Assembly: GCA_002269645.1 (NCBI GenBank)
Contig: NIVC01000073.1
Location: 496,001-560,000, forward strand
Length of the DNA stretch: 64,000 bases
From: Macrostomum lignano
Lineage: Eukaryota
Direction of reading: 5' to 3'
The notes beneath the pieces are model-generated. The model did not search any database. It was not told the origin of the DNA and worked only from the letters and a program-made list of their open reading frames with translations. Both the position numbers and the translations under genes were made by a program. Below, in pieces: positions 1 to 12,547 of this stretch (positions are counted from its first letter, which is position 1; every line of letters begins with the position of its first letter).

Positions 1-478
1 AAAAAGCTTCAAATTACAAAATAAAACAATTCAACAAAGAGTAAAAATTTTTTTTGAAATACTTTTCAATGAAAATTTGCTTTTATTTAGTTTTATAATA
101 ATTAAAAACCTCAATTTAAGATTTTGCCCTTTAGTTGTTATTGCCCCCTATTGTGGACACTTATTTGATCCTCTAGATACTTTTTTGGACATTCTTTTAT
201 CAATTAGGTTCATTTTTACAGGAGACAAGGTATGAAATTTTGGAAATTATACCTTATGCCCAATTTTGAAATACAATTTAAAGGTTTAAAATGCAATTTC
301 TCTTAGGCCTATTAAATAACGCTATCCTTATAAAAGGAAAATCAGTTATGAGACCATACCTAAACTATAGTTTAATTTTTTTAATTTTTATATGCAATTT
401 CAAAGTGTATACTCTACTATATATACACAAAAACCCAAGCTGCACCTATCTTATTTTATTATTGCTTATATAGGCTAT

Positions 479-2314
479 TGTCGCGACTTTCCTAGTCATT
501 TCTTTAGTTCACCTTCACTTGTCTCTGTTTACTCCGTTTTCTCTCTCTCTGTCTAGCTCAATCTTGTTATTCTTATCTCTCTCTCTCCCTTGCTGCCTTC
601 TGATTGGTTCTCCATTCTCGCCTCTCTCTTCAGTCGCGCACTTCACCCCTCTCCTTATTATCTGGAGTCAACCCCCCTCTAAATTAGTCATATAAATATA
701 CTTGTTTGGGCCCTGCGCCCACTTACTGGCGTATCTTAGTATTCAATTTAACATCTAATTTAGTTCTAGTGTTTTTAGTCTTATTTTCTCTACATGGCGC
801 CCAATGTGGGGCTAGTTTAGTTTAGTTAGTATTTTCTCTACATGGCGCCCAATGTGGGGCTAGTTTAGTTTAGTTAGTATTTTTTCTACATGGCGCCCAA
901 TGAAAAATAATTCAGTCAATGCAGTAAGGCTGGCAAAGGCCATGCCATCGTCGTTGTCGTAGCCCTACACCAGTCATCTCGTCATCCCGTCATCGACTCC
1001 TAATCGTCTCGTCTCTGCTTACCGGCCTCTCAATCGTCTCGTCTCTGGTTGCCGGCCTCTCAATCGTCTCGTTGCCGGCCTCTCAATCGTCTCGTTGCCG
1101 GCCTCTCAATCGTCTCGTTGCCGGCCTCTCAATCGTCTCGTCTCTGGTTGCCGGCCTCAATCGTCTCGTCTCTGGTTGCCGGCCTCTCAATCGTCTCGTC
1201 TCTGGTTGCCGGCCTCTCAATCGTCTCGTCTGCCGGCCTCTCAATCGTCTCATCTCTGGTTGCCGGTCTCGTCTTCGGAGTCGGTGCCGGCAGCATATTC
1301 ACATTTCAACTCGGGCTGTCGGTCTCGTCTTCGGAGTCGGTGCCGGCAGCATATTCGCATTTCAACTCGGGCTGTCGGTCTCGTCTTCGGAGTCGGTGCC
1401 GGCGGCATATTCACAATTCAACTCGGGCCGTCGTCACGTCTTCGGAGTCGGTGTCGGCAGTCAATCTCACCGGTCTTTGTCAAACTTTCTTCACTCGGTC
1501 CCCTCCTCTCTTGTCAGTGTCTCCAGTTGTCTCTAGTCGTCTCCAGTTGTTCTTTTCATCAACTTGATTCTCATCTCATCTCATCTCTCTCATCTCAGCT
1601 CTCTTACTCAACTGACAATGTTAATGTTTTCTCTAAACTGTACTAGCCATTTACAATTAAAAATTGCTAATTTTTAAGGGGGAGGGTGGATATATTTAGT
1701 CTTTTCAGTCTTCTCATTGGTTCAAAAACTACTCAATAAAAATCTAAGTTTAAAATTCGGTCTAAATAATTTGCATTCGCTCTACTGTTTTTGTATTCAA
1801 ATTCTTAGTCATTATGTATTTTTCAAATCGTTTTATACACCATTTATTGTGAATGTGTTTTTCAATTTAATTCGACCTAATTCTAACTCATTAATTTCAA
1901 TTGGTAATGGTACTCGAAAATTCAAAAAATGTTCCATTTTTTGGGGGGAGTGTCGCGACTTTCCTAGTCATTTCTTTAGTTCACCTTCACTTGTCTCTGT
2001 TTACTCCGTTTTCTCTCTCTCTGTCTAGCTCAATCTTGTTATTCTTATCTCTCTCTCTCCCTTGCTGCCTTCTGATTGGTTCTCCATTCTCGCCTCTCTC
2101 TTCAGTCGCGCACTTCACCCCTCTCCTTATTATCTGGAGTCAACCCCCCTCTAAATTAGTCATATAAATATACTTGTTTGGGCCCTGCGCCCACTTACTG
2201 GCGTATCTTAGTATTCAATTTAACATCTAATTTAGTTCTAGTGTTTTTAGTCTTATTTTCTCTACATGGCGCCCAATGTGGGGCTAGTTTAGTTTAGTTA
2301 GTATTTTTTCTACA
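479..2314 (+). mobile_element. Non-autonomous LTR retrotransposon (TRIM/LARD-like, probably Gypsy-dependent), 1836 bp
   Basis: Near-identical LTRs start TGTCGCGAC at 479 and 1951 and end CTACA (842/890 and 2314). 5-bp TSD GCTAT at 474-478 and 2315-2319. PBS TGGCGCCCAATGTGGGGC is tRNA-Lys type. PPT GGGGGGAG at 1943-1950. No gag/pol in the interior. Confidence 0.93.
1015..1460 (+). repeat. Tandem repeats inside the LTR element (about 22-31-bp units, then 56-bp units x3)
   Basis: TGCCGGCCTCTCAATCGTCTCGT(CTCTGGT) is repeated over about 1020-1265. A 56-bp unit starts at 1266, 1322 and 1378. Confidence 0.9.
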
Positions 2315-3220
2315 GCTATATTTATATGATCTTAAATATAGCATAGGCAACATGCTTAATACTAGTTATTTTAGAATGACACAAAATCTTTCTAATAGGA
2401 ATAAATATCACAAATTTTAAAACTTCAAAAGACAAAAATACCAAGCAAAATGTAATAAAAACTTACATCTTTAGGAATCAACACAAATCTAGAGATTGCC
2501 GGATGAATATATTAGACCAAGTGATTACAATTTAATTAAACTCTAAAAAACTTAGCTAATTTCTTAAGTTTTCAATACAGCATGTAGTAACTTAGGATTA
2601 ATATAAATTATCTTTTCCTCAAACCAATGCGAAGTTTATTAATTATTGCTGACAAAGTTAAGTTAATTACATGCAAGCACGCGTTAAGTTGAAATTGAAT
2701 TTTTGAAATTGATCATTTGTAAATAATGCGCAACAATATGCGCAATGTAAATATAAACTTGAGAGCTCACTAGCTTGCTTTACTTGACAAGAACTTTTAG
2801 AAAGCGAACAAATATCAGTTATCGTCATCGATGCAATAAGTCTTTTAAGCTTGTTCGGGTAAATTGAAAATAGGCAAGTTTAGTCAGCTTTTTTGAGGTT
2901 GCTGATAACAGCTTAAACAATATGTATCTCACAACTTTAGGTTTATGATTGATAGTAGGCTAAAATTGGCTTTATTGTTTATTTTTTGTTCGTAAATTAA
3001 TCAAATAAAAAAAGTAATTATTAATAAAGAAAACTTTCCTGTTGACGTTTGAAACACAAATTTGAACAGTTAAGTTTCTTGTAAATAGGTATTGAGTATA
3101 TTTTCGCTGAAAACTGCAATCGTCCATTAGAAGTAAGTTATTTAATGCGTGTGATGTTTCATCAAGCCAGGAACCAGGAACCCTTTTTACTTTGGCAGTA
3201 GATGTTATATGTTATATGTT

Positions 3221-4283
3221 TTATTGGGCATTCTTTCGTTATAGAAGACTCAAAAATGTGTGACTTTCGTAATGGAAGACCCATGGAAAAGGGGAAGAAA
3301 TCAATCGAAAAACGAGCATTCACTAGGCCTAGCAAAATGAAAGCGTAGCAAAAGTTAATTCCACACAAAGTTGATGCTTTAATCGACAGTGCTTAATTTC
3401 ACACAAAGTTGTTATACTGTAATCGCAAGCGTTTATTCCACCAATCTCATACCCAGCCTGTCAAACTATAATACACTAGTGCCATGAGGTCACTGTGTAT
3501 ATACACTTTCGTTTTAGAAGACTGCAAAATAGGAATATTGCTTGTGGGTCTCCTGAAACGAAAGTAAGAAAGAAGCAGCGAGTAATTGGACCAGTTGACA
3601 GCCGCCTCACTCTCTAGTTGGTACATTGTCATCAGCGACCTACATGGGGTAAATATGGATGAAAGATACTTGTACGAGTACAAAAGATTCAGAAACGCAT
3701 GAAAGCAGCGTGTGCACGTACCCCCCCCCCTCACCTTCGAAAAAGAAGACCCAACTCATTTCACCTAAGTATTTACAACACTGAGGTCTTGCATTACGAA
3801 AGTAAGAGACCTTTATGTTAAACTTACTTGTTAAACTTGTTTCTGTTGAATTTCTAGACCACAATAGATTGCTTTTCTTCCATATCCCCTACTTTCGTTT
3901 CGGAAGACCTTTAATAGATGCTTAACATTGTTGGTCTTTTAAAACAAAACTGTATATATCAGACATTCATAGAAAATGTACCCAAGGCCGACATAGGAAA
4001 ACAAATCATCTAAACCCTACATTTCTGCAGCTTTTGTTGCTGCCACCCCTACTACCTTCATTTTGGAAGACCTTCAATGAAATAATAGCTTGATGGTCTT
4101 CTAAAACAAAACTGTAATATAAACTAATAAAGGACACACAAAGCCATTAAGAATAAACAAACAAAATAATAGACAACAATATGTGAGCAGATTCCTATGT
4201 TTTAGGTAGGTCTTCTTTTTCAAAACTGCCAGCTTCCTATTTGATACATAAAAGGTCTTCTAAAATGAAAGAATGCCAAAGAA
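3221..4283. repeat. Symmetric array of twelve 19-bp motifs with terminal inverted repeats (putative MITE/foldback or hairpin cluster)
   Basis: Consensus about ACTTTCGTTTTRGAAGACC. Forward copies at 3232, 3263, 3505, 3733, 3891, 4054; reverse copies at 3547, 3785, 3933, 4095, 4209, 4254. Imperfect outer IR of about 30 bp at 3221-3250 and 4254-4283. Confidence 0.75.
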
Positions 4284-5589
4284 GGGCCTAGTAAAAAAAT
4301 AATCTCACATTTGGCTATGCGGAGTTTCAGCAAAGTATTGTTTTCACTAGTAATATTTCGGCACAATCAGTTTTTGTTTTTTTGAGATCTTTTTTAAATT
4401 TCAATTGTATTCTTCAATTTTGTTTCTATAGTATTTGGTAATTTTGATGCTTTGTTACTTTAACATCACTCTTATTATTTGTAAGCCTACTTTTTTATTT
4501 GTAGGCCCTAATATTAAGCTGTTTCCTATTTGCTATTTTAAATCTTTTTTGTTTCCTTTTTGCTACTTTTGAGATACGGGCTATTTTCAAAATAGATGGC
4601 TATACACCAATACTGCAGCTACTAAGCCTAAGCTAAGCCATGTAAGGCCTAAGTGCAAATTTGTATGCTTCATGCCAAAAAATAATGCAGTGTATTCATT
4701 TGAATTCTACATTGTTTCTACATTTGAATTCTGCATCTGAAGATAGATTGACTAAATTTTTCCATCTTCTATAGGTCCTTAATTTTATGGGAAAAGTTAT
4801 TAAAAATATTGTAATCAAGAGATCATTCAACTATATATTAAGTCTATATTATTTTTTTAATTCATTGGAATATTACAATACTTTGCCTAAACATTTTTGT
4901 GATTTGCCAAAATATTACTTTGCTGAAACATCATATAGCCTTGTAGTTCTATAGACCATATTTGTTTTCAAATGTTATTTCTTATATTTTTATCACTTTC
5001 TCATTTTTTGCTAGAATCATGAATTCTATAGAATAGAAAAGAGCACCATAGATATAAATTTTGAAATATCCTCATATAACTATTTAAGTCAATTGTATTA
5101 GGCCTTCTTTTCCTTACTGACCTTAGATACTTTAGGTAAATAGCCTATAGGGCCTATCTTTAATCTTTATTCAAATAACTTTAAATGTTTGAAGCTATTA
5201 CTTATATTCAATAGTGATTTCATCTGCTACATTTTGGCAGCCATCTTTTTGTCTTTTAATATTCATGAAAAATCTGTTTATCTATCAGTTTCAATATTTT
5301 GTCTATTATGAAAGTTTTTAAGCCTTAAAGATATATATTAAATTGGAATTGGTCAATCATTTGGTTTGGCTTTTTGGTTTCCTGCTTTATTTTTTCTAAA
5401 ATTTTCTAATATTATTATTTTTCTAGCATTTTTTTCTGGCATTTCTAGATTAGCAATAACTAGTGAATAAATGACTTATTCACTTTAGCAGTAATTTTGA
5501 AGTAATTTTCTTATTTCAAAAGAGAGTAGTTGATTCATTCTATATTAGAGATGAACCAACAGAAGAAAAGCAAAAGATGCAATGAGAGA

Positions 5590-5980
5590 AAAGATAGAAG
5601 AGTAGGAAAAAGCTAAGCAAGAAAAGAGATAAGAGAAAAGAGGAGATAAAAAAAGAGAGGAGAGATGAGGCAATAGATAAGATCAGAAAAGAGAAAGGAA
5701 GAGATAGTAGATGATAAGAGAAGAGAGGATAAAAAGGATATAAGAGAAAAGAGGAAAGATGAAAGATTAGAGATGAGAAGAAAGATAGGAAAGTAGAGAA
5801 GAGAAGAAAGATTAGAGATTAGAGAGGAGAAATAAGACTGTAGTGGAGAAAGATGATAAAAAAGATAATAGTATAGAGTAGAGAGAGGAAAGAAAAAAGA
5901 AGAGGAGAGAGGAAGGATAAAAGATGAGAAAAAAGAAAAAGAGGAAATAGACAAGAAAATTGAGGAAAAGAAATAAGTTT
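5590..5980. repeat. GA-rich low-complexity tract
   Basis: Nearly pure purine sequence on the + strand. It explains the spurious F/S/L ORF 5613-6011. Confidence 0.8.
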
Positions 5981-7940
5981 CAAAGGCCTCAAATCTTAAT
6001 TTAATATGCATTTACTCCAATTTTTTGTTTGCCTTCTTCCTAATTATTAACAAGTTTTTGTTTGAGCATGACTTTAAATTTAAGAATTTATGCAAAAATA
6101 GTTCCCGGAATTGGAATTCAGTGTTTTCAAAATCCCTGGGTTTCAATAGCTTGGGTTCATATTCTGCATCTGATTAGCCATCTGAATCAGGACTCTCATC
6201 TTCCATGCCAAATTGTATGGCAAGTGGAATTATCTTTTCTTGAGCTATAAGTGAATATATTATGAATTGTATCACACTGTATTCACTTCACTTTTATTTC
6301 TAAGCATTAGCCTTCTAGACATTCATGAATCATGACTATGTAGTATGCTCACTACACTGTATTAAGACAATTTTACAAATTACTTCACAGGCTGCCACTA
6401 GACAGCATACTGATTAGCTGTTATAAAAATGCAACTAATCTGCATGTAGTACTAATTAGATGGTGAGGCATTTAGACTTAATAATATGGTTATCATTACT
6501 CCTGCCTTTTATTCAAAATTGTTTATTTTGCTAAGCTTTCTTTTTTGGCCGCAAAGTAAGTCACATGGCCAGTGTAAATCAGGGGGTTGCGCATATATGT
6601 ATAGCATGCCATTTACATAACTTATATTCAAACAAGTAAATTATATATATTTTAATTTACTTATAAGTTGTCCTATAGGTCTAAGATTGTATCTAGGACT
6701 TACATTCTATTTGTCTATTAGTAAAAGTTGTTTTATTTTGCTAGCAAATAAAACATTGCATACCTTAGTTATATCTCATTCTTTATTAGCTTTCATATCT
6801 AGGCTAGCTTTTAGCAAACCAATGATATAAATTGTAGCACTTATAATTAAGTATTCTGTATTCATATCAATTCAGTTATAGTAAATGTTATGGAAATCAG
6901 TTGTGTCATAATTAATTTCTCAAATAGTCAATATCAATCATTATTGAAGTTTGCAATATGTTTGCATAATCTAAATTAAGTCTTATACTGTTTCTACACT
7001 GATTTCCCATACTGTAATATAATTTAAGTCAAATTCATAATTCAGCCACTGTGATAATAAATATTCAATAGCCTGTTATATTGTAATATTTATCAGTTAA
7101 TCAGTTTTTTCTATAATCATTATATATATGTATGGTTTAAATTTCTGTTTGACCTTTGCAAATGTATGTTTTTGAATATTTAATCCATATAGCATTGAGA
7201 AATTTCTTAGCTATAACAAAAGATACTAAAATAACTAGATAGGCCACTCAGGCATATATATATATATATATAATTAAACAGTTTTCTCTTTTTTGTTCAG
7301 TATCAAAGAAAATAAGAATATATAAACTACATTATAAAAACAAGGCAGCTGAAATGACTTTGATAAGTTTAGAAGCCCAAGATTGCATGTGTAAACAATT
7401 TGCTAATTGGTTCAGCAATAACATATATTAGCTAGTCCACTGAAATAAATGTATATGGCTACTTTAGGCTAGAATTCCAAGGAAGGCAATAAAAACTAAG
7501 ATGGGGCAAAATAGTAGTATGTAAAGGCACAGTTGGAGGTTTTAGTAGAGGTGAAGGATAAAAGCCAATAAATAAACCTTGGCTTTAAAAATACATTAAA
7601 TGCTTCTATTTAACGTGCTACTGAACTGAAAGTAGCTTTTATACTAATGTCCTAGCTAAGTGGTCCATCTAGTTATTTGAGTATCTGTGGCTATCACAAA
7701 TGTACTATTATAGGAAAATTTCTGATCAAATGGTATAAGTTTCATTAAAATTGGTTAAGCCATTTTTATTAAGTCAATCACATATATAGACAGATACTGG
7801 CAAGCCATAGAGGGTAAGGTAAAGATGATGGTATTTTTTTTAACTTTATGACTGATGCCAGCGGGCAATTGTTTTTCAATTTCGCATCCTGATTTTAGAC
7901 TCATGTTTATACTTTTAGCATTTGGGTTGTAGTCTAAAAT

Positions 7941-8143
7941 GGGTTGTAGCCTAGCTGCAAAAGTTTAGGGGTTCAACTCTTGACTTACTTATAGCAGTTT
8001 GTGTTTTTGAGCAAGACACTTAACTCTGCATTACTTCAGTTCACCCAGCTGTAAAATGGGTGCCAGCATTAGCTAGGATAATCAAGGGTGTGTGGTGGCG
8101 ACCCCCAGGCCTTGGACTGAACAGCCATATGCAGCCTTCAGAT
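7941..8143 (+). mobile_element. tRNA-derived SINE, degraded copy
   Basis: GGTTGTAGCCTAG head, degenerate B box GGTTCAACTC, and body TTGAGCAAGACACTTAACTCTGCATT...CAGCTGTAAAATGGGTGCCAGCATTAGCT...CCTTGGACTGAACAGCC. Homologous to 30275-30503 on the minus strand. Confidence 0.8.
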
Positions 8144-8391
8144 TCTGATGTGCAATAGCTGCAGCTGAGCTGTCTGTTGCACATTTGCAATTGGGGTAGG
8201 TGTAATTAGGTATATATTATTTTTTATTATCCTATTAGATTCTGCTTATGACGGAAGGATATGTACTGTTTTGTTATCCAATACATCCCCATTTCAGCAA
8301 TAAGGGCTTCCCGGCTGTATTGATCACAACTGAAACTAAATTTAAAATCTTCCTCTAAACAGTCAAATCAACTTAAATTTCATCACCGAAA

Positions 8392-8748
8392 ATGGCTGAA
8401 GGCGGCGGTTTTGATCCATGCGAGTGCCTCTATGGTCATGAGAGCGCCATGCAGCGCCTATTGAATCTGCTGCGTCACGCCCAGGCCCAGTGCACAGATA
8501 CCGATTGCATCACTAATCCTGGCCAGCAACTGTTGCCTGGCGATCCGGCTAGTAATTCACCGTTCGGCAATCCCAGTCTGTGGCTGGCTCTGCTAGGCTG
8601 GATTGTTGTTGCTACGGCGCTTTTTGTAATGCGGCCTAGGAGTCTGCGTTTTGACGCTCAAAAGCCTGGTCGTGGCGGCGGCGGCAGTGATAGCGGAGGC
8701 AGCGGCGGCAGTGGCGGCAGCGATAGGGACCCACCTGTGGCCTCTTAG
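8392..8748 (+). CDS. SMIM14: Small integral membrane protein 14 homolog, single coding exon, 118 aa
   Basis: MAEGGGFDPCECLYGHESAMQRLLNLLRHAQAQCTDTDC matches the SMIM14 N-terminal signature (MAEGGFDPCEC..SHE.AMRRLINLLRQSQ..CTD..C), followed by one TM helix and LRP. Confidence 0.93.
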   Translation: MAEGGGFDPCECLYGHESAMQRLLNLLRHAQAQCTDTDCITNPGQQLLPGDPASNSPFGNPSLWLALLGWIVVATALFVMRPRSLRFDAQKPGRGGGGSDSGGSGGSGGSDRDPPVAS

Positions 8749-9040
8749 ATTAACAACGTTATAGGAGGATAGCGAAGACGCGTGGACTAAATTGGTCGAA
8801 GTTTTAACGTTTTTTTAACACTAAAAGTTTCAATTTTTGTTCGTCTATGTGCATCGGTGGTGAATGTATGTCGACGATTAGTCTGTCATCATTTTTTGGC
8901 ATTGTTAAGCGGCTGAAACAATTTGAATTGTACTAACTGGTCTTCCAGTAAAGTCTACTTTTAAATGGTTTTTGCTGGTCTGTCTGTTATTTGATTAGCC
9001 GCCTCTGTTCCTTTTCTGGATCTGGTTCCCCTGTCCTCTA

Positions 9041-9387
9041 CCCAGATCTCGATTCCTATTGGCCAGCCAGTCACCCCTCTCCCCTACCCCAGATCTCGAT
9101 TCTTATTGGCCAGCCAGTCACCCCTCTCCCCTACCCCAGATCTCGATTCTTATTAGCCAGCCAGTCACCCCTCTCCCCTAACCCAGATCTCGATTCCTAT
9201 TGGCCAGCCAGTCACCCCTCTCCCCTACCCAGATCTCGATTCTTATTAGCCAGCCAGTCACCCCTCTCCCCTACCCCAGATCTCGATTCCTATTGGCCAG
9301 CCAGTCACCCCTCTCCCCTACCCCAGATCTCGATTCCTATTGGCCAGCCAGTCACCCATCTCCCCTAACCCAGATCTCGATTCCTAA
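9041..9387. repeat. 47-bp minisatellite, about 7 copies
   Basis: Unit CCCAGATCTCGATTCCTATTGGCCAGCCAGTCACCCCTCTCCCCTAC. Confidence 0.95.
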
Positions 9388-10424
9388 AACTATTCAACCT
9401 GAAAACAAAAATGTTACGAATGTGTCGCTATATTTGCCAATTAATGTTAATATGTTTTTGCCTCTAAAAATAATTATAAAACTATAAGTGTCGTCATTTC
9501 TCCTTATTTTTTAGTTTGGCTCTTGCCTCGTAGTTGCTTTGCGCTTCTTCTTATAGCTTATTTTTTGTTTATAGATAATAACTTATTGAATAGGAAATGG
9601 TTTATAATTTCTGTCAACAAGCGTTATTGGAATATAATTTAGCTTAGCCATTTTGCAGTGCGTGGATGATATTATTTGGTTTTAAAAAACTGCAGACTAT
9701 ACTCCAGTGTCTATAATACAGTGCAACAAATAATTCTATATGCCCCGGGTTATAGCACATTTAGATATTCTCTCTATATCTGCCTTATTAAAATCTGTGC
9801 GAGAATATTTAATCAAAATTGTACAGTTCAATTGCTGTGTGAAATAATTTCAATGTTGTAATTGCTTAATTTTTTTGTTGCCTATTCGCAGTAACAACAA
9901 CCTTTTTTGTGTTATCATTTCAATAACTATAACTGCGCTAAAAGATGGTTTCTGCTGAGCCTTAATTATTTTTCTACTTATTTGTGATCTCGTCTCTACA
10001 GAGCTGACCTCCCTTTTGAGATGGCGCGCAACAGCATCCATCGAACTCCTCACGACTGTGCCAATCAACCAATCTCTAAGAAGTTTTTTATTCTGAAAAA
10101 ATTAATAAACTTTCTTCTTTTGACAAACGAATACCCCTTTTAAATAAGCTGATTGTCATTAGCGCTGTGTCATCTGTCTGTCAGTAATTCAAAACGATTT
10201 GTCGTCTTTCTTCGCTTTTTTTAGCTGTCTGTTTGTCTGTCTCCCAGCCTGCCTTTCTTGTTTCAAATTCGTACGCTAGTTTTCGGTTTGACTTTATTCT
10301 GGTAATATTAATGTTGCCTCGTTTTTGTGAATGCCTTGGTGTCTGGGTCCAATTAAATTTGACGTACAATATTGGACTTATCATTGTCAGATTCACAGTC
10401 GCTAGATCACCACCGTCCCAGATC

Positions 10425-11125
10425 CTCAGTTCCTGATCCAGCCTCCCAGTTCCTTAGTTGCTGGGCCAGCCTCCCAGATCCTCAGTTGCTGGGCCAGCCT
10501 CCCAGATCCTCAGTTGCTGGGCCAGCCTCCCAGATCCTCAGTTGCTGGGCCAGCCTCCCAGATCCTCAGTTTCTGGGCCAGCCTTCCAGATCCTCAGTCA
10601 CTGGGCCAGCCTCCCAGATCCTCAGTTACTGGGCCAGCCTCCCAGATCCTCAGTTGCTGAGCCAGCCTCCCAGATCCTCAGTTGCTGAGCCAGCCTCCCA
10701 GATCCTCAGTTGCTGGGCCAGCCTCCCAGATCCTCAGATGCTGAGCCAGCCTCCTAGATCCTCAGTTGCTGGGCCAGCCTCCCAGATCCTCAGTTACTGG
10801 GCCAGCCTCCCAGATCCTCAGTTGCTGAGCCAGCCTCCCAGATCCTCAGTTGCTGGGCCAGCCTCCCAGATCCTCAGTTGCTGGGCCAGCCTCCCAAAGT
10901 CCTCCGTTGCTGGGCCAGCCTCCCAAAGTCCTCAGATACTGGGCCAGCCTCCCAGAGTGTCAGTTGCTTGGCCAGCCTCCCAGATCCTCAGTTCCTGATC
11001 CAGCCTCCCAGTTCCTTAGTTGCTGGGCCAGCCTCCCAGAGTGTCAGTTGCTGGGCCAGCCTCCCAGATCCTCAGTTTCTGGGCCAGCCTCCCAGATCCT
11101 CAGTTGCTCGTCCAGCCTCTCAGAT
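10425..11125. repeat. 28-bp minisatellite, dispersed family locus 1
   Basis: Unit GGGCCAGCCTCCCAGATCCTCAGTTGCT, about 25 copies. Confidence 0.95.
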
Positions 11126-11676
11126 CCACAGTTTTTCATAACGGCAAGCTCAGCTGTCACTCTACGACCCTGCAGATTCGACATAACTTTCTAAAAGCCC
11201 GTTAGATTATGTCTCGGTGTCCAAATAAAAATAATTTAAATTTGTTTTGCTGCTGTAACCCACGTACGGGCCTGAACTGTTTTACTCCTTTTCTTGTATT
11301 GCTGCTTTCCCTGGTCGTTATGAAATGCTCCGTGTGTATTTTCTGCCCACATTGTTTTTTTAATAAACCACCCCGTCTAGTTTTTTGTTGCCGTGATGCT
11401 TTGGTTTTGGGGGATTTAGCCAATATATATTTTTTTTCTCCGTTTCAAAGCGCGAAAGACAGTCTGAGTCTAATAAATCCCTTATAATTGTCAATTTTTT
11501 TGGTTGAATCGCATTCTAAAACTGCAAGCTCGAGAGCTCTGTGTTTGTTATTTGTTACTCATACTAATTGAAGCTGTCTGAAAAAAAGTATGCGGGCTTT
11601 CTAGGAAAGTACGAACATCCCACATCTGGCCTGTGGCCTTGTGCCTCAGCACTGCATCACATTTCACAAAATTTTC

Positions 11677-12445
11677 TCCTCCTTCCAGGAGATGCCCAGC
11701 ATTCTTCTGTTTGTCTCCTCCTTCCAGGAAATGCCCAGTATCCTTATGTTAGTCTTTTTCTCCTTCCAGGAAATGCCCAGCATCTTTCTGTTAGTCTTCT
11801 TCTCCTTCCAGGAAATGCCCAGCATTCTTCTGTTTGTCTTCTCCTTCCAGGAAATGCCCAGCATCCTTCTGTTAGTCTTCTCCTCCTTCCAGGAGATGCC
11901 CAGCATTCTTCTGTTTGTCTTCTCCTTCCAGGAAATGCCCAGCATTCTTCTGTTTGTCTTCTCCTTCCAGGAAATGCCCAGCATCCTTCTGTTAGTCTTC
12001 TTCTCCTTCCAGGAAATGCCCAGCATTCTTCTGTTTGTCTTCTCCTTCCAGGAAATGCCCAGCATCCTTCTGTTAGTCTTCTCCTCCTTCCAGGAAATGC
12101 CCAGCATTCTTCTGTTTGTCTTCTCCTTCCAGGAACTGCCCAGCATCCTTCTGTTAGTCTTCTTCTCCTTCCAGGAAATGCCCAGCATTCTTCTGTTTGT
12201 CTTCTCCTTCCAGGAAATGCCCAGCATTCTTCTGTTTGTCTTCTCCTTCCAGGAAATGCCCAGCATCCTTCTGTTAGTCTTCTTCTCCTTCCAGGAAATG
12301 CCCAGCATTCTTCTGTTTGTCTTCTCCTTCCAGGAAATGCCCAGCATCCTTCTGTTAGTCTTCTCCTCCTTCCAGGAAATGCCCAGCATTCTTCTGTTTG
12401 TCTTCTCCTTCCAGGAAATGCCCAGAATTCTTCTGTTAGTCTTTA
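11677..12445. repeat. 39/42-bp minisatellite, probably intronic to TMEM170
   Basis: Units CCTTCCAGGAAATGCCCAGCATTCTTCTGTTTGTCTTCT and a 42-bp variant are interspersed. Confidence 0.93.
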
Positions 12446-12547
12446 TGTCAAAAGCTCTCAGTCGCTCTTAATCTTTCTTCTCCATTGTCTAGGCCTCTAG
12501 GCATTGGTATTCTGTTAATAATTAATAAAGCTCTTGCCAACCCGCAG

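Noticed and set aside
3232-4272. RAG/Transib 12/23 recombination signals suggested by the 12- and 23-nt gaps
   Set aside because: No CACAGTG heptamer or ACAAAAACC nonamer is present, and the other gaps are 22, 26 and 33 nt.
9850-11184. Possible minus-strand gene (MSNLQGRRVTAEL... spliced across the 28-bp array, plus an acceptor at 10093)
   Set aside because: The splice sites are weak (GTGGAT donor, no pyrimidine tract), stops in all frames separate the pieces, and I recognise no homology. RNA data are needed.
10372-12500. Long ORFs of 200-370 aa here and at 27612-30044, 31902-32429, 33230-34387, 35841-36332 and 54886-55698
   Set aside because: They are translations of minisatellites, open in several frames or strands at once, and mostly lie in introns defined by phase-consistent splice sites.
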